Source: Auanema rhodensis (taxonomy: Eukaryota > Animalia > Nematoda). Taken from it: DNA of 64,000 nucleotides. Position numbers and translations under genes: made by a program. Location: the NCBI GenBank assembly GCA_964057225.1, contig OZ059899.1, forward strand, positions 7,316,001 to 7,380,000. The letters run 5' to 3'. Below are positions 38,734-54,941 of the stretch, piece after piece; within the stretch, counting starts at the first letter, position 1; the number at the start of each line of letters is the position of its first letter. Under the pieces are notes generated by a model. It worked only from the letters and a program-made list of their open reading frames with translations, did not search any database and was not told the origin of the DNA.

Positions 38734-40479
38734 TTATTTTTTAGCAACAATTACAATATTTCTAGGAGATAACAAAGGATTAAAAACAGGGAAGACATTG
38801 GCTTTGAATCCATTTTCGTCTATGAAATGAACTCTATCTTTGATAATGATAGATTCCACTATAGGAGCAATCATTGTTCGCAAACAGTGAAGAATAAATT
38901 GTCGTTTTCCATCTACTTCAAGATTTGCAATATGAGATTTTAAGTCTTCATCAATTTCCATCTGAAACAACTAATGTACACACAATAAATTTTGAGCATC
39001 ACTAGCCTGAGATAAAACTCTCACCACCAATTCAGGTCGGTTGCACAGAGCTTTTTCTACAAAAGTCTCAAATTTTAAATGTTCATTTATTTTCACTGAT
39101 TTGATGTGCATATGCGGTTGTTCACCGAACTTTACTAAAATCCATTCCAGTAAAGCCCGATAGCACCTTTGCTTGAAATACATAGGAACCTGTAAATAAT
39201 AAATATCTAAATCAACACAATATATCCAACATTTTTCTTTAAATCGTCTAATAATTGCTCTTTAGCATGGCACGCTAACTCCCGAGCTGTGTATGAAATC
39301 TTGATGTCTAAAAACCTTTTACTTAGTGGAAATCCTTTAGAATTCTCGCACTCTTTCTGAAAAAAAAAATTTTATCAAGAAAATGAGAATAAAAATAATG
39401 CCTGATAGCTTTCCCTGTATGAGTTATCTAATCCTCCATTAATTTTGTGGTAACAACAGCCGAATAAAACTAAAGTAGTAGCATTGGATTGCTCCGTAAA
39501 AGATTGAACGATAATAGAAGACAAGTCACCACATGCATGAAGTCCCAAGAATAAATTTTTTTTTGCTAAAACATAAAACAATAATATGTAGGCTAATAAA
39601 ATCAACAAATTACTGAATTCTGTGGGTACTGTCGCAGGATTTAAAGATTTATTATCATTTTCACGAAGATACTGAAACTTTCGTTCAGGTATAGAGAATA
39701 AGCCACCTAGTCGTTTACGAAAATGTTCGTCTAAGGATGTGGAGGTTTCTACAAACTGAAAATCGAGTTCGAACGACGAAGTAAACAATTACAAACATTT
39801 TGATTGCCTTCAATAGTACCAATTGCCATGTCGGGCAAAAAACATGCCACCATCCTGGATAAATGCCCAAGACCTGCCCCAATATCTAATATTGTATTGA
39901 AATCATAATCTGGAATATTTGATGAAAAAAAAACGGGAGAAACCATAGTTAAAGCTATGTGCAGCATACACCTACATACTTCTGGATTCGCTTAATACTC
40001 TAAGAAGTGCTATGATACGCTCAATTTCATGTTGCTTCTTCCTTTTGATTTTATATCGTAGAACATTGTTGCTAGATATAACTGGCATGAAATCTTCATA
40101 AACCTGCTCAAGAGATCAAATTTTTCAGCAAGTGTTATGCTACATACCAGATCTGCATTGAGTAACTCCTTCAATGAGTCTACAAAACAAACCGGATTAC
40201 GGTCCAAACTTAAATTCTTCACTTTCTGTCGCAGTTCCTTCAAGCTTTCAGGTAAAAACGCTGGAACATCTACACTTCCATCTAACATGGAAATCCAATC
40301 GTTCACCTGTAGGAAAGGTTGAATTCTACTATAGTCTTAGAACATACAGATAAATTATATACAACATCTCTCCAATCGTCAGGAAGTTTCATCCAATTAT
40401 CTTTAACATAATAATCTATACTGTATAAATTGAAAAGCCAATTATATTTCTGCAAAACATTTTTGTATTCGATTTCCAT
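38734..40479 (-). CDS. RRNAD1/METTL25B-type SAM-dependent methyltransferase
   Basis: KQHEIER, ILDIGAGLGHLSR, GLHACGDLS, GCCYHK, RELACHA, CYRALLE, ESIII.DR, FNP.LSPRN. Confidence 0.88.
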
Positions 40480-40585
40480 TCTCTAAAATGTATATATATA
40501 TTTATATAATACAACAGTCTAATACAAGCTGTGGATATAATCCCAATATGTTAAAACGAAAAATTATGACACCAATTTATAGCAA

Positions 40586-40933
40586 CTAATGGAAATCATT
40601 AAAATTTACAGAAAGGGACACCGTATCACTAGTCCTAAATATAATCATTTTTATATGATCCAAGCTTAACACTGACCTCAACACAGCCGAGCTTTGTACA
40701 CCAATAGGCGTTGCTAAGTGGTCCACAATATAGTGTTGACCATCAGCTTGCATTGCAACAAAATCAGCGGTTACGTCAGTCTTCTCATACATACATAAAT
40801 TCACCTATTTTACGAAATTTCTATTTTCACATTATATCTATATCCCTACAGTCTTTCCTGTCAAGTTGGCCATAAACCTCAGATATCTTTCCCTTAGTTC
40901 AGCTCTATTCACACATTCTTTAGCATCGATCAT
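40586..40933 (-). CDS. Gemin7 (SMN complex Sm-fold subunit), ~86 aa, three exons
   Basis: Spliced product MIDAKECVNRAELRERYLRFMANLTGKTVNLCMYEKTDVTADFVAMQADGQHYIVDHLATPIGVQSSAVLRTSDTVSLSVNF matches the Gemin7 signatures R..LRERYLR and L.TPIGVQ..A.LR.SD. Confidence 0.88.
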
Positions 40934-41048
40934 AATCTATACACAACATACTTATTGCTATTTGAATGTCCGAGGTAATGTGTTTAAACTAATCAGAATG
41001 TAAAAAAAATATAGCGATAACAATTTATATGTAACAACAACGTAACGT

Positions 41049-41547
41049 TTAGATGATTCCGATTTTGTTGGCAACATCCAAGGCATCGTAGTCAGGTGTA
41101 AGTCTGACGTAAGCCTTCTTTTGGAGAAGAGGGGTGATAAGGGTGTTGATCTTCTCAACGTCGATGTTGTAAAGCTTCTTAACAGCAGCCTTGATGTGGT
41201 GCTTATTGGCATTGACGTCAACGATGAAGACGAGGGTATTGTGATCCTCAATCTTTTTCATAGCAGATTCAGTGGTCAATGGGTGCTTAACAATGGTCCA
41301 TGCATCCAATTTGCTGCGAGCTGGAGCGCTCTTGCGTGGGTAGCTACAATTATATTTATTACAGAAATAACAAAGCACTAATATACCGTGGAACACGAGA
41401 AGTCTTGAGGGTCTTTGGGCGACGGAAGTGCACTGAAGTGCGGACCTTCTTCTTGTGGACGGTCTTCTGTCCCTTAGCGACCTTCTTCTTGGCATCAACG
41501 GCCTTAGCGACCTTCTTCTTCTCAACGGCTTTAGTTTTAGGAGCCAT
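41049..41547 (-). CDS. rpl-25: 60S ribosomal protein L23a (uL23)
   Basis: [65 protein letters not shown]; one ~43-nt intron; strong codon bias. Confidence 0.97.
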
Positions 41548-41722
41548 TATCCCCAACTGGAATGAAATACCTTATTATGTATCAAACAAATGTACAACAA
41601 ATACTGAGCGAAGTAAAATAAGAACAATAAGACTTAAAGCCAATATAAATAAGATATGTAAGAATGTTAAGTGAATATTGATGATATGAAAGCTAAGACC
41701 AATATAACATACACAACAAAAA

Positions 41723-44427
<2,705 letters not shown>

Positions 44428-44950
44428 TACATTAACAATATGTACATCAACAACTGAAATTGTATATTTTCAATGAAAAGGAATAGTAAAACAATATACA
44501 AAGCAAAAATTCAAACAGCAATTTTCCCAAAAACATAAAATTTGGGCAATCTTACTTGGCTGCTATATTCTTATGGTACGGTAGATAGCAAAATTGCGTA
44601 CAAAATCGTTATATGCAAGCCAATCGGTGCAGGACCCTTTTTGTGACGAGTTTTTTTCCTAAAATAAAACCATAGTTCATTTGTATGCGAATGATTAAAT
44701 TGAAGAATTCACTTAATGGATTTAATTCAATAAATATATATAAAAGGAAAAAAAGATTGATTTATGAATATATATTATAGATAGATATTATATGTGAAAC
44801 AAGAACGTGAAGTTGAAAGAGTGATTTGAGCATGTACTATAAATAAGAATCGAACATTTAAATAATTATCGCTTACAAATAATTGCAAAAAAATGGGTTA
44901 TTATTGAAAACTAATTTATTTGTTTCGGGGAAAAACAACATTGCGGTTAA

Positions 44951-46408
44951 TCAGCCAGTAGTTGACTTATTAGTTTTAACGGTGTTCCAATCGTTAGTGT
45001 TAGTTTTTAGCATTTTAGGTGGTGTAAAATCGAATAACTCATAATCACGCGCATATACATCCATCAGCATGTTGTATAAGGTTTCATTTCCTAAAATGTT
45101 TTCGATGAGTTTATCTCTTTGTTCCATTTTTTTGGTAGCGTGCCATGTTAGGGTTTCCACTGAAAGTAAATAAATAAACTTTTCTGCTCAACCAAATATG
45201 CTTAACCATCAAATGATTTTTTAATATAATCAACTTTTCGTTGTGGAACACCGTAGGCTTTCAAAGTTGCTAACACTCCTTGATACATGCCAGCCTTTTC
45301 AACACCACTATCTCCATAGCGTACAAAGGCAGTTTGTTTATAAATATCCTTCATTCGGCAGATCCTGAATAAAAAGTTGAAGATATGACAATATTTTAAG
45401 CTTCAAACCAAGTTTGAGGTGCAAAATGATACAGTTCATAATAAAAATCTTGTTCAATATCAAGTGTGAGAAATTCTCTGGTTGTTAACGCATGATACAT
45501 TTTTTCAATAATACAATTTGGCTCATCGGCGGACGTACAGTTGAAACAACCAATAGGAATATATTTACTAATTTCCCTATATATATATAAAAATTTTGAA
45601 TATTTATAAATAATTAACTTACACTACACATTTATTTAAGTAGGCACTAATAAACCGTTTGAATGGCTCTCTTATCACTCCAATATAGTTAACTCCGTAT
45701 GGAAAATGCTTAACAACATCTATATAAGATTCTGGTGCATTTCGATAACCACAAACACTTAAAAAAATAGTGAAAAAGCAGCTGTATATGCACTATAAAT
45801 ACCTTTTACTCCACCATGTACTTGCAATATTATTATTCTTTGCAATAAAGCCTTCCTCATCATACAAGTAGCACATGATATTCATCATAACTGTGCTCAT
45901 AGCTTTAGGATTCTCAATTGCTGCTAATTTCAACATAGGTGAAATCTATAAATGTCAATCAGTTAGCAAGAGAAGCAATATTTTTACTTTGAAATGTTCG
46001 TAAATAGTCTGGAATGGCTTGACCTTAGTTGAATTATAATCTTCTGTAAATAGAAAAGTATGAATGATATGACGTGATACTAAAACCTGAGAGTAGCTTT
46101 TCAAAATTGCTTCGAACCTTAAATGTATATTCAAAAGCAGGGTCTAATGGGTCTAGAGTAGTAGGAGCTTGTATTTCATTTTCTTCATTTAACTTAGGAC
46201 GTGCTAACGGAACATTGTAATCCTTGAAAATAGATTCGAATCCATTCGAAAAAAATAAAGAATATGGATGCCCAGCTTCATAAGAAATAGTGAATATTAA
46301 GAAAATGGCAATACAAATCGTTCCGAATATTTTGCAATTTAGAATAGTCGGAATAGCATGCTTTCGGCATCGTGAGATATTGTCAGATGAGATGCGCAAA
46401 AGAGGCAT
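44951..46408 (-). CDS. Golgi carbohydrate sulfotransferase (Sulfotransfer_2 family), paralogue A
   Basis: Type II N-terminal TM; 5'-PSB NPKAMSTV, 3'-PB IREPFKRFISAYLNKC, HFAPQTW.C, YARDYELFDF. Confidence 0.88.
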
Positions 46409-46898
46409 GTGTCAAAAGTTATGTATGTTTTTATCTCTTGGCGAAACGATTCTGTAAAAAAATTTATTGAATAAATGAAGTTAAAAAATAAATATTATAA
46501 ACAAGTTATAACTATACGAATAAAAAAGTAAAGACGAAAGTATTGTCAAAGTAGTAAAAAAACTGTTCGATTAAGTGGGAGCTGAATGTGGCCAAGCGTA
46601 ATGTTTAGTCTCAATATTTGCAATGATTCAAATTAAAAAATTGTTTAACGGTATAATTAGTTTACAGGTCTATTGTTAATCGTTCTTGAAGTTTTGGAAC
46701 ATCTAGATAAAGCATCGTAGATTTTCGCTGTGAACAAGGGAGGTTGGAGAAAACAAACAAACAAAACATGAATACGAATCACTTAAAGTAACAAGAAGAG
46801 ATTATATATACAATAAAAAGAGCTGAATTAGTATAGTCTATGATATGTTTCTATTTGTTTAATGAAAATATTTATTAATATTATTTTTTTGAAGTTTT

Positions 46899-48316
46899 TT
46901 ACTTTTTCCCAGCACTATTTAGCATTTTAGGTGGTGTAAATTCGAATAACTCATAATCACGCGCATATACATCCATCAGCATGTTGTATAAGGTTTCATT
47001 TCCTAAAATGTTTTCGATCAGTTTATCTTTTTCGTCCATTTTTTTGGTAGCGTGCCATGTTAGGGTTTCCACTGAAAGTAAATAAATAAACTTTTCTGCT
47101 CAACCAAATATGCTTAACCATCAAATGATTTTTTAATATAATCAACTTTTCGTTGTGGAACACCGTAGGCTTTCAAAGTTGCTAACACTCCTTGATACAT
47201 ACGAGCCTTTTCAACACCACTATCTCCATAGCGTATAAAGGCAGTCTGTTTATAAATATCCTTCATTCGGCAGATCCTGAATAAAAAGTTGAAGATATGA
47301 CAATATTTTAAGCTTCAAACCAAGTTTGAGGTGCAAAATGATACATTTCATAATAATGATCTTGTCTTGTATCAACAGTTGTGGGAAATTCTTTGGTTGT
47401 AAACGCATGATACATTCTTTCAATAATACAATTTGGCTCATCGGCGGACGTACAGTTGAAACAGCTGTTGATAATGTCCTTTCTAGTTTCCCTATATATA
47501 TATAAATTTTTTTGAATATTTATAAATAATTAACTTACACTACACATTTATTTAAGTAGGCACTAATAAACCGTTTGAAGGGATCTCTTATCACTCCAAT
47601 ATAGTTAATTCCGTAAGGTAGGTTTTTCAAAAGATCTCTATATGTTTCTGGTGCATTACGAAAAGAACAAGCACTGAAACACTAAGAATTAACAATCTAT
47701 ATATGCAGAGTGATGTGTATACCTATCACTCCACCATGTATTTGCAATATTATTATTCTTTAAAGTAAAGCCTTCCTCATCATACAAGTAGCACATGATA
47801 TTCATCATAACTGTGCTCATAGCTTTAGGATTCTCAATGGCTGCTATTTTAAACAGAGGTGTAGTCTATAAATGTCAATCAGTTAGCAAGAGAAGCAATA
47901 TTTTTACTTTGAAATGTTCGTAAATAGTCTGGAATGGCTTGACCTTATTTGAATTATAATCTTCTGTAAATAGAAAAGTATGAATGATATGACGTGATAC
48001 TAAAACCTGAGAGTAGCTTTTCAATATTGCTTCGAACCTTAAATGTATATTCAAAAGCAGGGTCTAATGGGTCTAGAGTAGTAGGAGCTTGTAGTTCATT
48101 TTCTTCATTTAAATTAATCCTAGGACATGCTTGTAAACCATCGAAGCTTGAAGGTAATTGATTTAAATCATTGGAAGAATAGTCAGAATATGTGTCTGAT
48201 TTATACGATACGGCAAAAAGTAGCAATATTGCAACACAAGTTCCAGCCAGAATTTTATTGTATCGACTATATAGAATTACAGTGCTGTTCTCAGCGCTGA
48301 GAAGCTGGTAGGTCAT
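46899..48316 (-). CDS. Golgi carbohydrate sulfotransferase (Sulfotransfer_2 family), paralogue B
   Basis: Tandem copy with the same exon structure and motifs (NPKAMSTV, IRDPFKRFISAY, HFAPQTW); different N-terminus; ends KMLNSAGKK*. Confidence 0.88.
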
Positions 48317-50495
48317 TTCACTAGAAATATAAATATTTTATTTAAAATTGCATTATCAATAAAAATAAATTAATATCGATTTTTTAAAAAGATTGTTAAC
48401 AAAACTTTGTGAAACCTTAAGATAGCCTAGATATTGTTAGATACTTTCATAATTGCACACGATATATATTACTGACATAAAATAATTGTGAAAATAAAAG
48501 AATAGGAAAATCAGTATCTGTACAATAATTTGGAATAGACATGACCATGTTAGGTTGTTGGGTTAAATGCTCATATGGCGAAGAACTTAAACGAGGGCAG
48601 GTTGATTTTATAGTGGATAAAATCTCATAAGTTTCAGGATCGATTTAGATAAGGTATTCGATCAGATAAAAGCTCGACATTCTTTGTCTTTTAATCAACA
48701 AAATGAATCTTGAAAGTATTCAAGATATCTGAACAATATAACGCATATATCGGGCTAATGAAAATGATGTGGCAAAGCTGAAAAGGAAAGCGACATACAA
48801 AAACACATAAGATCTAAAATCAAAAAAGTGTCTGCAATCAGGAACATTATGAAACGCAAGTAATTGAAACTTGAGAACTTAGTTCTGTCTGTGCTGATTT
48901 AATCTGTACGAATATGCGAGACCTGAATCATGACCATAAAAGATCACATGATTTTGAAAGATCTTAAAAGAATAATTATTCAATGACTTTTACATTTTCC
49001 TTCTCTCTCCTCAAAAAGCACTAATAGAATAATATCGCGCTCTGGACATAATTTAATCAAATAAATCAATCTTACATGGTAATAGATAGCAGAAAAGAAA
49101 AGGCAGAAACTTTTAAAACTTCCAAAGTATTTGGATTTAAATCTTAAAGATTTTTAAAGATTGTTTTTTTTTATTTTCATGCTGTTTCGGATTATGTGGG
49201 AGTGTCTCCTACCAGATTCAGGTCTGAGATTTTGATAACCGGTAATTGCAAGCGTGCAATGTGATCCTGTTCATGAGTAAAAGTTAAACGTATGATAATA
49301 TTCTAATGAGGCTTGTGAGGAGGGGGGGGGGTGCGAAAGTGTAAAAGCGCCGATTACTCGTGAATCAAATCAAAAGATATATAGCAACTACTTTTGTTCA
49401 TATAAAAATTTTGTCATAAACTTTTGCTTTGTATTCACTATTTTGGGCCACCAAGAAAGTGTTATAAACATAATTAATTATACCTAAAGGGTTTTCAACA
49501 ATCCCTTTTTCCTTCTTATCGCTAACCTTTTGATTCATTTTCATATCACTTCATGAAAGGTCTCTTAAAAAACGCTTTTCGCTTACCCGCCTTGAAATAA
49601 CAGGTTTTATCAGTGCTGCCAAAGTTCCATTTAAAGAAGTTCTGAATCATTATTTCATCTTGCATAACTTTTATATTAGCTCATTGTTCATACGTCAATA
49701 AACAAACGTATAACAAGATTTTATTATATTCCCGAATTATAAAACTTTAGTACTATTAAAACTGTTCTGAATTTTAAATTTTCCGGATCTTTTCATAAAG
49801 CTATTCAAACGCGCATAATGTGATCAGCTCACTAGTATTTACAACTGTTACGATCTGAAACAATAAATGGTAGTAAGAGTGTCTATGCCACTCTTACTCT
49901 TATGTTCTATGAATTTCACAATTTTAACTCACTAAACATATTACAAACTGTTATATTTTCAGTATATTATTTAATACGTGTATCATAATTATGAACTGAA
50001 AACATATTCTCAGTCTATTGTCTTTGGGATATATTTTCCTTTTCCCTCTGATTGGCCTCTGATGTTTCCTGCAAAGAAAAAGTTACTGGTTTTTCTGCTT
50101 CACGAAACTACCTAGCATTTAGTTACCCAAATGGCTCTTGCCTTTTCCGGTATTTGAACAGAAAGGGTTTTAAAAACATTCATTTTGAGCACAATATGTT
50201 CAGGAAAACTTTCCGATTGCGTTTCTTTTATATTTATTGTTTTTTGAAAATAAGTTTTAAAACTTTTTTTTAAATACTGTGACTATTTCAAAGCAAGATC
50301 ACCGATATATCAGTTTATCGGTATTTCGATTTAATCATATTCACTCATTACGAATTTAAAGAAAGTATAGTTTTCTTTTTTCTCATATCATGGCTGTTTC
50401 ATTTTTAAAAATATATATTTGAAAATTAGATATTCAATATTTCTCTTCCTTGTTGACACTCTGCTGTGTTTTAATCTAGTTTTATTTAAGATAAA

Positions 50496-52290
50496 ATGGA
50501 TGATTTTCGGGATAAAGTTGCATCGATTTTTCGCATTGAGGATAAGAAGTTTCTTAGGGAACTTTTAGCTGAGTGCATTGGAACATTCTTTTTGCTTGTA
50601 TGTTGCTTCGCTTTTAAAGATTATAAGTAAAATAAAACTTCAAAAAAGTCAAATTTCCCCTTAAGCTAATCGGAAATTCCGCAAATGTTCAAGCTGCTGT
50701 TGCTGTCGGTGGAAACTCAACTTCGTGTCATATTGCTTGGGGCATTGGATTCATGTTCGCTGTCTTTCTGGCATCCAGCGTTTCCGGTAAATTTTTATCA
50801 AAGATTTCCAAATTGGTTTTCTAAAAGTTTTTAATGAAATACAAAACAAATGCGAAATTCACTCAATATATATATATATTATATATATATTGAGTGAATT
50901 TTGACATCAAAATTTTTAATTACAATGCAGGCGCCCACTTGAATCCAGCAATTTCTGTAGCACAATGGCTCCTCGGAAACTTGGCTTTCTGGAAGGTTAG
51001 GGTTCAAATCTACAGTATTTTTCCATTAATGTCATTTTTCATTTTGCTAGTATATCAATTAGTTAAAATGATTGTACCTTTATCAATCATTGCAAGTTCC
51101 GTCTCACCCCGTCCAAGAAATACAATTAAAAAAGTTGAGAATTACAGATTCCAATGTACATTTTCGCTCAAGTTGTAGGAGCATATTTGGGGTCAGCCGT
51201 CACTTATTTTGGTCATCACGGTATTTTAAAAATTATTTGCAATTAGATAAATATATAAACTCAGATGATTTATATAAACTTGATGGAGGAATTAGATATG
51301 CCACCGGACCTAAGGCTACCGCTGGATTGTTCACCACTTTTCCATCCCCTCATATGTCTATCTGGGGAAGTTTCCTTGATCAAGTAAGAAAGAAAAATAA
51401 CATTTATACAGAAAGTGTTCCAACAGGCTGTTGGCACTGCAATTTTGTCTGGATTAATTTGCTTAATCACTGATAAACGACACAAGATTCCATCAGCTTT
51501 AGTACCACCATTGGCGGGAAGTATTATGAGTATGGTTAGTAATATTTGATAGCTATGAATTTTAAAAGTTAAAAAAATGATAATAAGATATTACTTCAGG
51601 TTGCTATGACTTATGGAGCAAACGGAGGATTTGCTATAAATCCTGCACGTGATTTAGGCCCAAGACTGTTCTGCCTCTGTGCAGGATATGGTTGGGAACT
51701 TTTCAGGTAATTTTAGTCAAACAATTAAAATTCTAAGCCTACAAAGAATAATAATGATCATTTGATTTTTGAAGATATGAAACCTAAAAAAACTTATTTC
51801 ACTAAATTGACATGGACAGCAATCAGTATAGAAACAGCCAAAAATAGATATCAAACTGGTTCATGGTTTTAAGAAAGAATGTATCTTTGATATTGCGTGA
51901 CGATATATCAATATTTATTACAGCACACATGATTTTTATAATACATTTGATATATCTGATGAAGTTCGCAGAAAAGTTTCTGCTAGTTGTAAGAAAATTG
52001 ATAGACATGGTCATATTAAACTTTCTGCCGAATGATTTTCAGTATAGAGAGAAGAAGGGAATATACCTAAGAATTTCAGTTTCAATAACTATGGATATTT
52101 TTGGATTCCTATTGTCGGACCGTTTGTTGGAGCTTTCGTTGGAGCTTGGCTCTACAAACTTTTCGTTGGACTCCACGGCATGAATGAAATTTTAGAAGTA
52201 TCTGATGCTCCACCAACCAAGGGATACAATGTGAGTGTTGTGGTCGGAAATTCAAATCATTCAAGTAATGGTTATTCCAAAAGACCATAA
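50496..52290 (+). CDS. aqp-8: Aquaglyceroporin
   Basis: RELLAECIGTFFLL, GGNSTSCHIAWGIG, SGAHLNPAIS, GFAINPARDLGPRLF, YFWIPIVGP; both NPA motifs present; very close to C. elegans AQP-8 as I recall it. Confidence 0.88.
50855..50901. repeat. Short inverted repeat with a (TA)n core in an aquaporin intron
   Basis: AAATTCACTCAATATATATAT...ATATATATATTGAGTGAATTT. Confidence 0.8.
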
Positions 52291-54060
52291 GTCGCATTTA
52301 TCATTTCTTTCATCAATTCTCTGTTTTCTTAAGTGTTTTTGCTTAATTTTATTTCAAGAATTACTCTAGATATGTTACATAGCAATGACCTCGACTCATT
52401 CTTTAGAAATCATTAGCATTGTACAAAATGTTTAAAAGAAGTATTTGCTTAAAGGTTTATTCCCTTCGCTTTATATGTAGCATGTTCTCTTATTTTTAGC
52501 CATAGCCATATTAGTTCATTAAGCATATTTTACTTTTCCGGTGCCTTGATTACATGAAGATTGCATTTTATTTTTGTTCTTTCAAAATAATAAAGAGCAT
52601 TTGCATGCTTAAGTTCAGCTGTTTTATAAAAAAATAAAATATTTTCTTATTGTTGTAGGATTGGAGATTAAATCCACAAGGACTTTTGATTGGTTATGAT
52701 AATACACTTTCCAGGTTTCTCATTGTTCAAAGAGCCTAAATAAATCTCAAATTTAGGCAAGCTGGATTACACGTTAGTCAAAGTTTGCAAGCCGCTACAA
52801 CTATCACAAACCAACAGCATCACCAATTTATAAATTCAGCTTTTCGCCCGGATAATCAATATTAAACTATGAGTTAATTAACGATTAGATATTCCGAAAG
52901 AATTTTTTTTTCGGAAATAATTTCGAAACCTTCGTTTAACGTTTTTTACTATTTGCAACCACTTTAACATAATTTTCGAAAACTAATTCGAAAGCATACC
53001 ATACTTAACCACAATCATATTACATATGAAGTTTATAAAAAGAATAACCAGACGTAGAGCCTTGTAAGGGCTCATCACTCTATTCGAAATACTATTTTGT
53101 ATTCTCTAAATAAATTATTTTAATTTTATTTAAGAGTTTTTTCATTTAAAAATATAATTATAATTTTATGAATATCATGAAATATAAGAAACCCTAAAAG
53201 TAACCTGTAACATCAACATAAACATAAGGTTGTTGTTCATACTTGAATGACTTGTATGTAAGATATATGGAAATATGTTAATGATTATGAGATAAATGAC
53301 GTCACAAGTCTATTATCTAAAGTTATAATCTTAAGAAGTCAAAAGGGGTGATTAGGTAAAATTAGGTGATAATTGGTTGGCAAGTCGGTAGAAACAAAGA
53401 GTTTTGATTGGTTATGACCTTTTGACCGTTGTACCGAGAATTACATAATGAAAGGCAGATGATTAAAGGACTTACCGGACAGATGTTGCCATACCTTTAT
53501 AAGGAATTGCCGGCTGATTTCAAACAAAAATAAAAACATTTTTATATTTTACATAACTTATAGTTAATAATAAAATATTTCAATAAAACTAAAGAAGAAT
53601 GATATTGTAACTATAAGGCCATTACGTTTAATATAAAATTCATGTTCAATCTGTCAGATTGAAACCATTGTTTGTCAGTTTTATTCAAAAATCTGTTCAC
53701 CATATATGCTATGATTTGACAGACAAAAAATCATTAATTATACGTGAAAATCTGTATATTTACCACCTTAAATGCATATCTGACTATATGTGGACAGTTC
53801 TAATGATGGTCCACTAGATAACATCTATACTGTCGCGTGTCTAGTACATGGTTGTGGGACATCAACCTATCTTTTGTCTTCGTTTTTTTTCTTTTTTTTT
53901 CTAACCCACCGTTCATTTTTTCAGATCATCAACCTCATTTTTATTGACCTCAATAGTTTTTAATTAAATTTTTATTCTATTCAAGTACGTATAAAACAAA
54001 AAAAAATACCCATATATGAAAAAGATCAATATTATTATTTTTGTACAAAATAGTTTTGCT

Positions 54061-54941
54061 TTAATTTTTCTTATAATTCTTCGTTGACTGAGATGTAGCT
54101 GATGGTGATCCTGAATCTCTTAGAATTTCTGCTAAACTATTGATGTATTCTTGAGCCATCTGTAGTGTTTCAAACTTGGACAAACGGCGGCCCGAATCAA
54201 TTTCAGGAAGAACTGTTCGAAGCTGGAAATATGCCAAATTATGAAAACAATAAAATTCTTTCTTTTTGATTTATTATCTCTGAAAACCGGAAAGAAATTT
54301 GAATTGGCGCATATTTGGAGTCTAATGACCTTCATGTACAGTAGTGAGACACCATATGTCCATACAGTATGAAAACGTTTAGAAACCAATAAAAAGCTTA
54401 AGCTACTAAAATTCGTTTTTTTTTTGAAACAAAAGTATTATAGAACATTTGAAATAGAAAATATTTATGTTAAGGAAAAGTAATAAATTTTTTTTTACAA
54501 AAATTTGTAGCGAGCGTGTAAGTTTAAGGAGACTGTTGAAATGCACTATTAGTTAATTTAAAAGTTTTAATGTTTATATATAGTAAACAAACCTTATCAT
54601 ATGCAACATTTAGTGTATTCATCCGTCTTCTTTCTCTTTCATTAGCAGCCGTACGACGATGACGAAGAACTTGAGGTGATGGTGTTTTGTATCTCCTACT
54701 TCTTTTCTTTTCTTCAGAAGCTGATGATAAATCAGTAATATTAGAAGACATTGGCGATGGGTAACTAAACATATCATTAATATTTTTTGTTAGGAAGATA
54801 ACAATGGTACCTCATGTTGGGAAAAAACGAAGGGCTTTGCATCGGAGTACTATAGTTAGAATAGTTAAAGTTAGCATTTGGAGGAAAATACATAGCGTAT
54901 TGATCAAATGAAGATGATGATGATGAGGTGCTCGACATCAT
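54061..54941 (-). CDS. lin-32: Atonal-family proneural bHLH transcription factor
   Basis: Three exons; RRYKTPSPQVLRHRRTAANERERRRMNTLNVAYDK/LRTVLPEIDSGRRLSKFETLQMAQEYI; stop TAA 54061-54063. Confidence 0.93.

Noticed and set aside
40958-41674. Overlapping alternate-frame and antisense ORFs around the ribosomal protein gene
   Set aside because: Shadows produced by strong codon bias in rpl-25.
45408-45420. CCAAGTTTGAGGT, matching the 3' end of the SL1 spliced leader plus donor (also at ~47320)
   Set aside because: It is the reverse complement of the sulfotransferase APQTW codons; the 5' GGTTTAATTAC and an Sm site are missing.
49319-49333. Poly-G run as a G-quadruplex
   Set aside because: A single ~10-G tract is too short for a confident intramolecular G4.
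52599-52606. Octamer ATTTGCAT near aqp-8 (CEH-6 controls C. elegans aqp-8 through an upstream octamer)
   Set aside because: It lies downstream of the gene. I saw no perfect octamer upstream, and a single AT-rich 8-mer is weak evidence.
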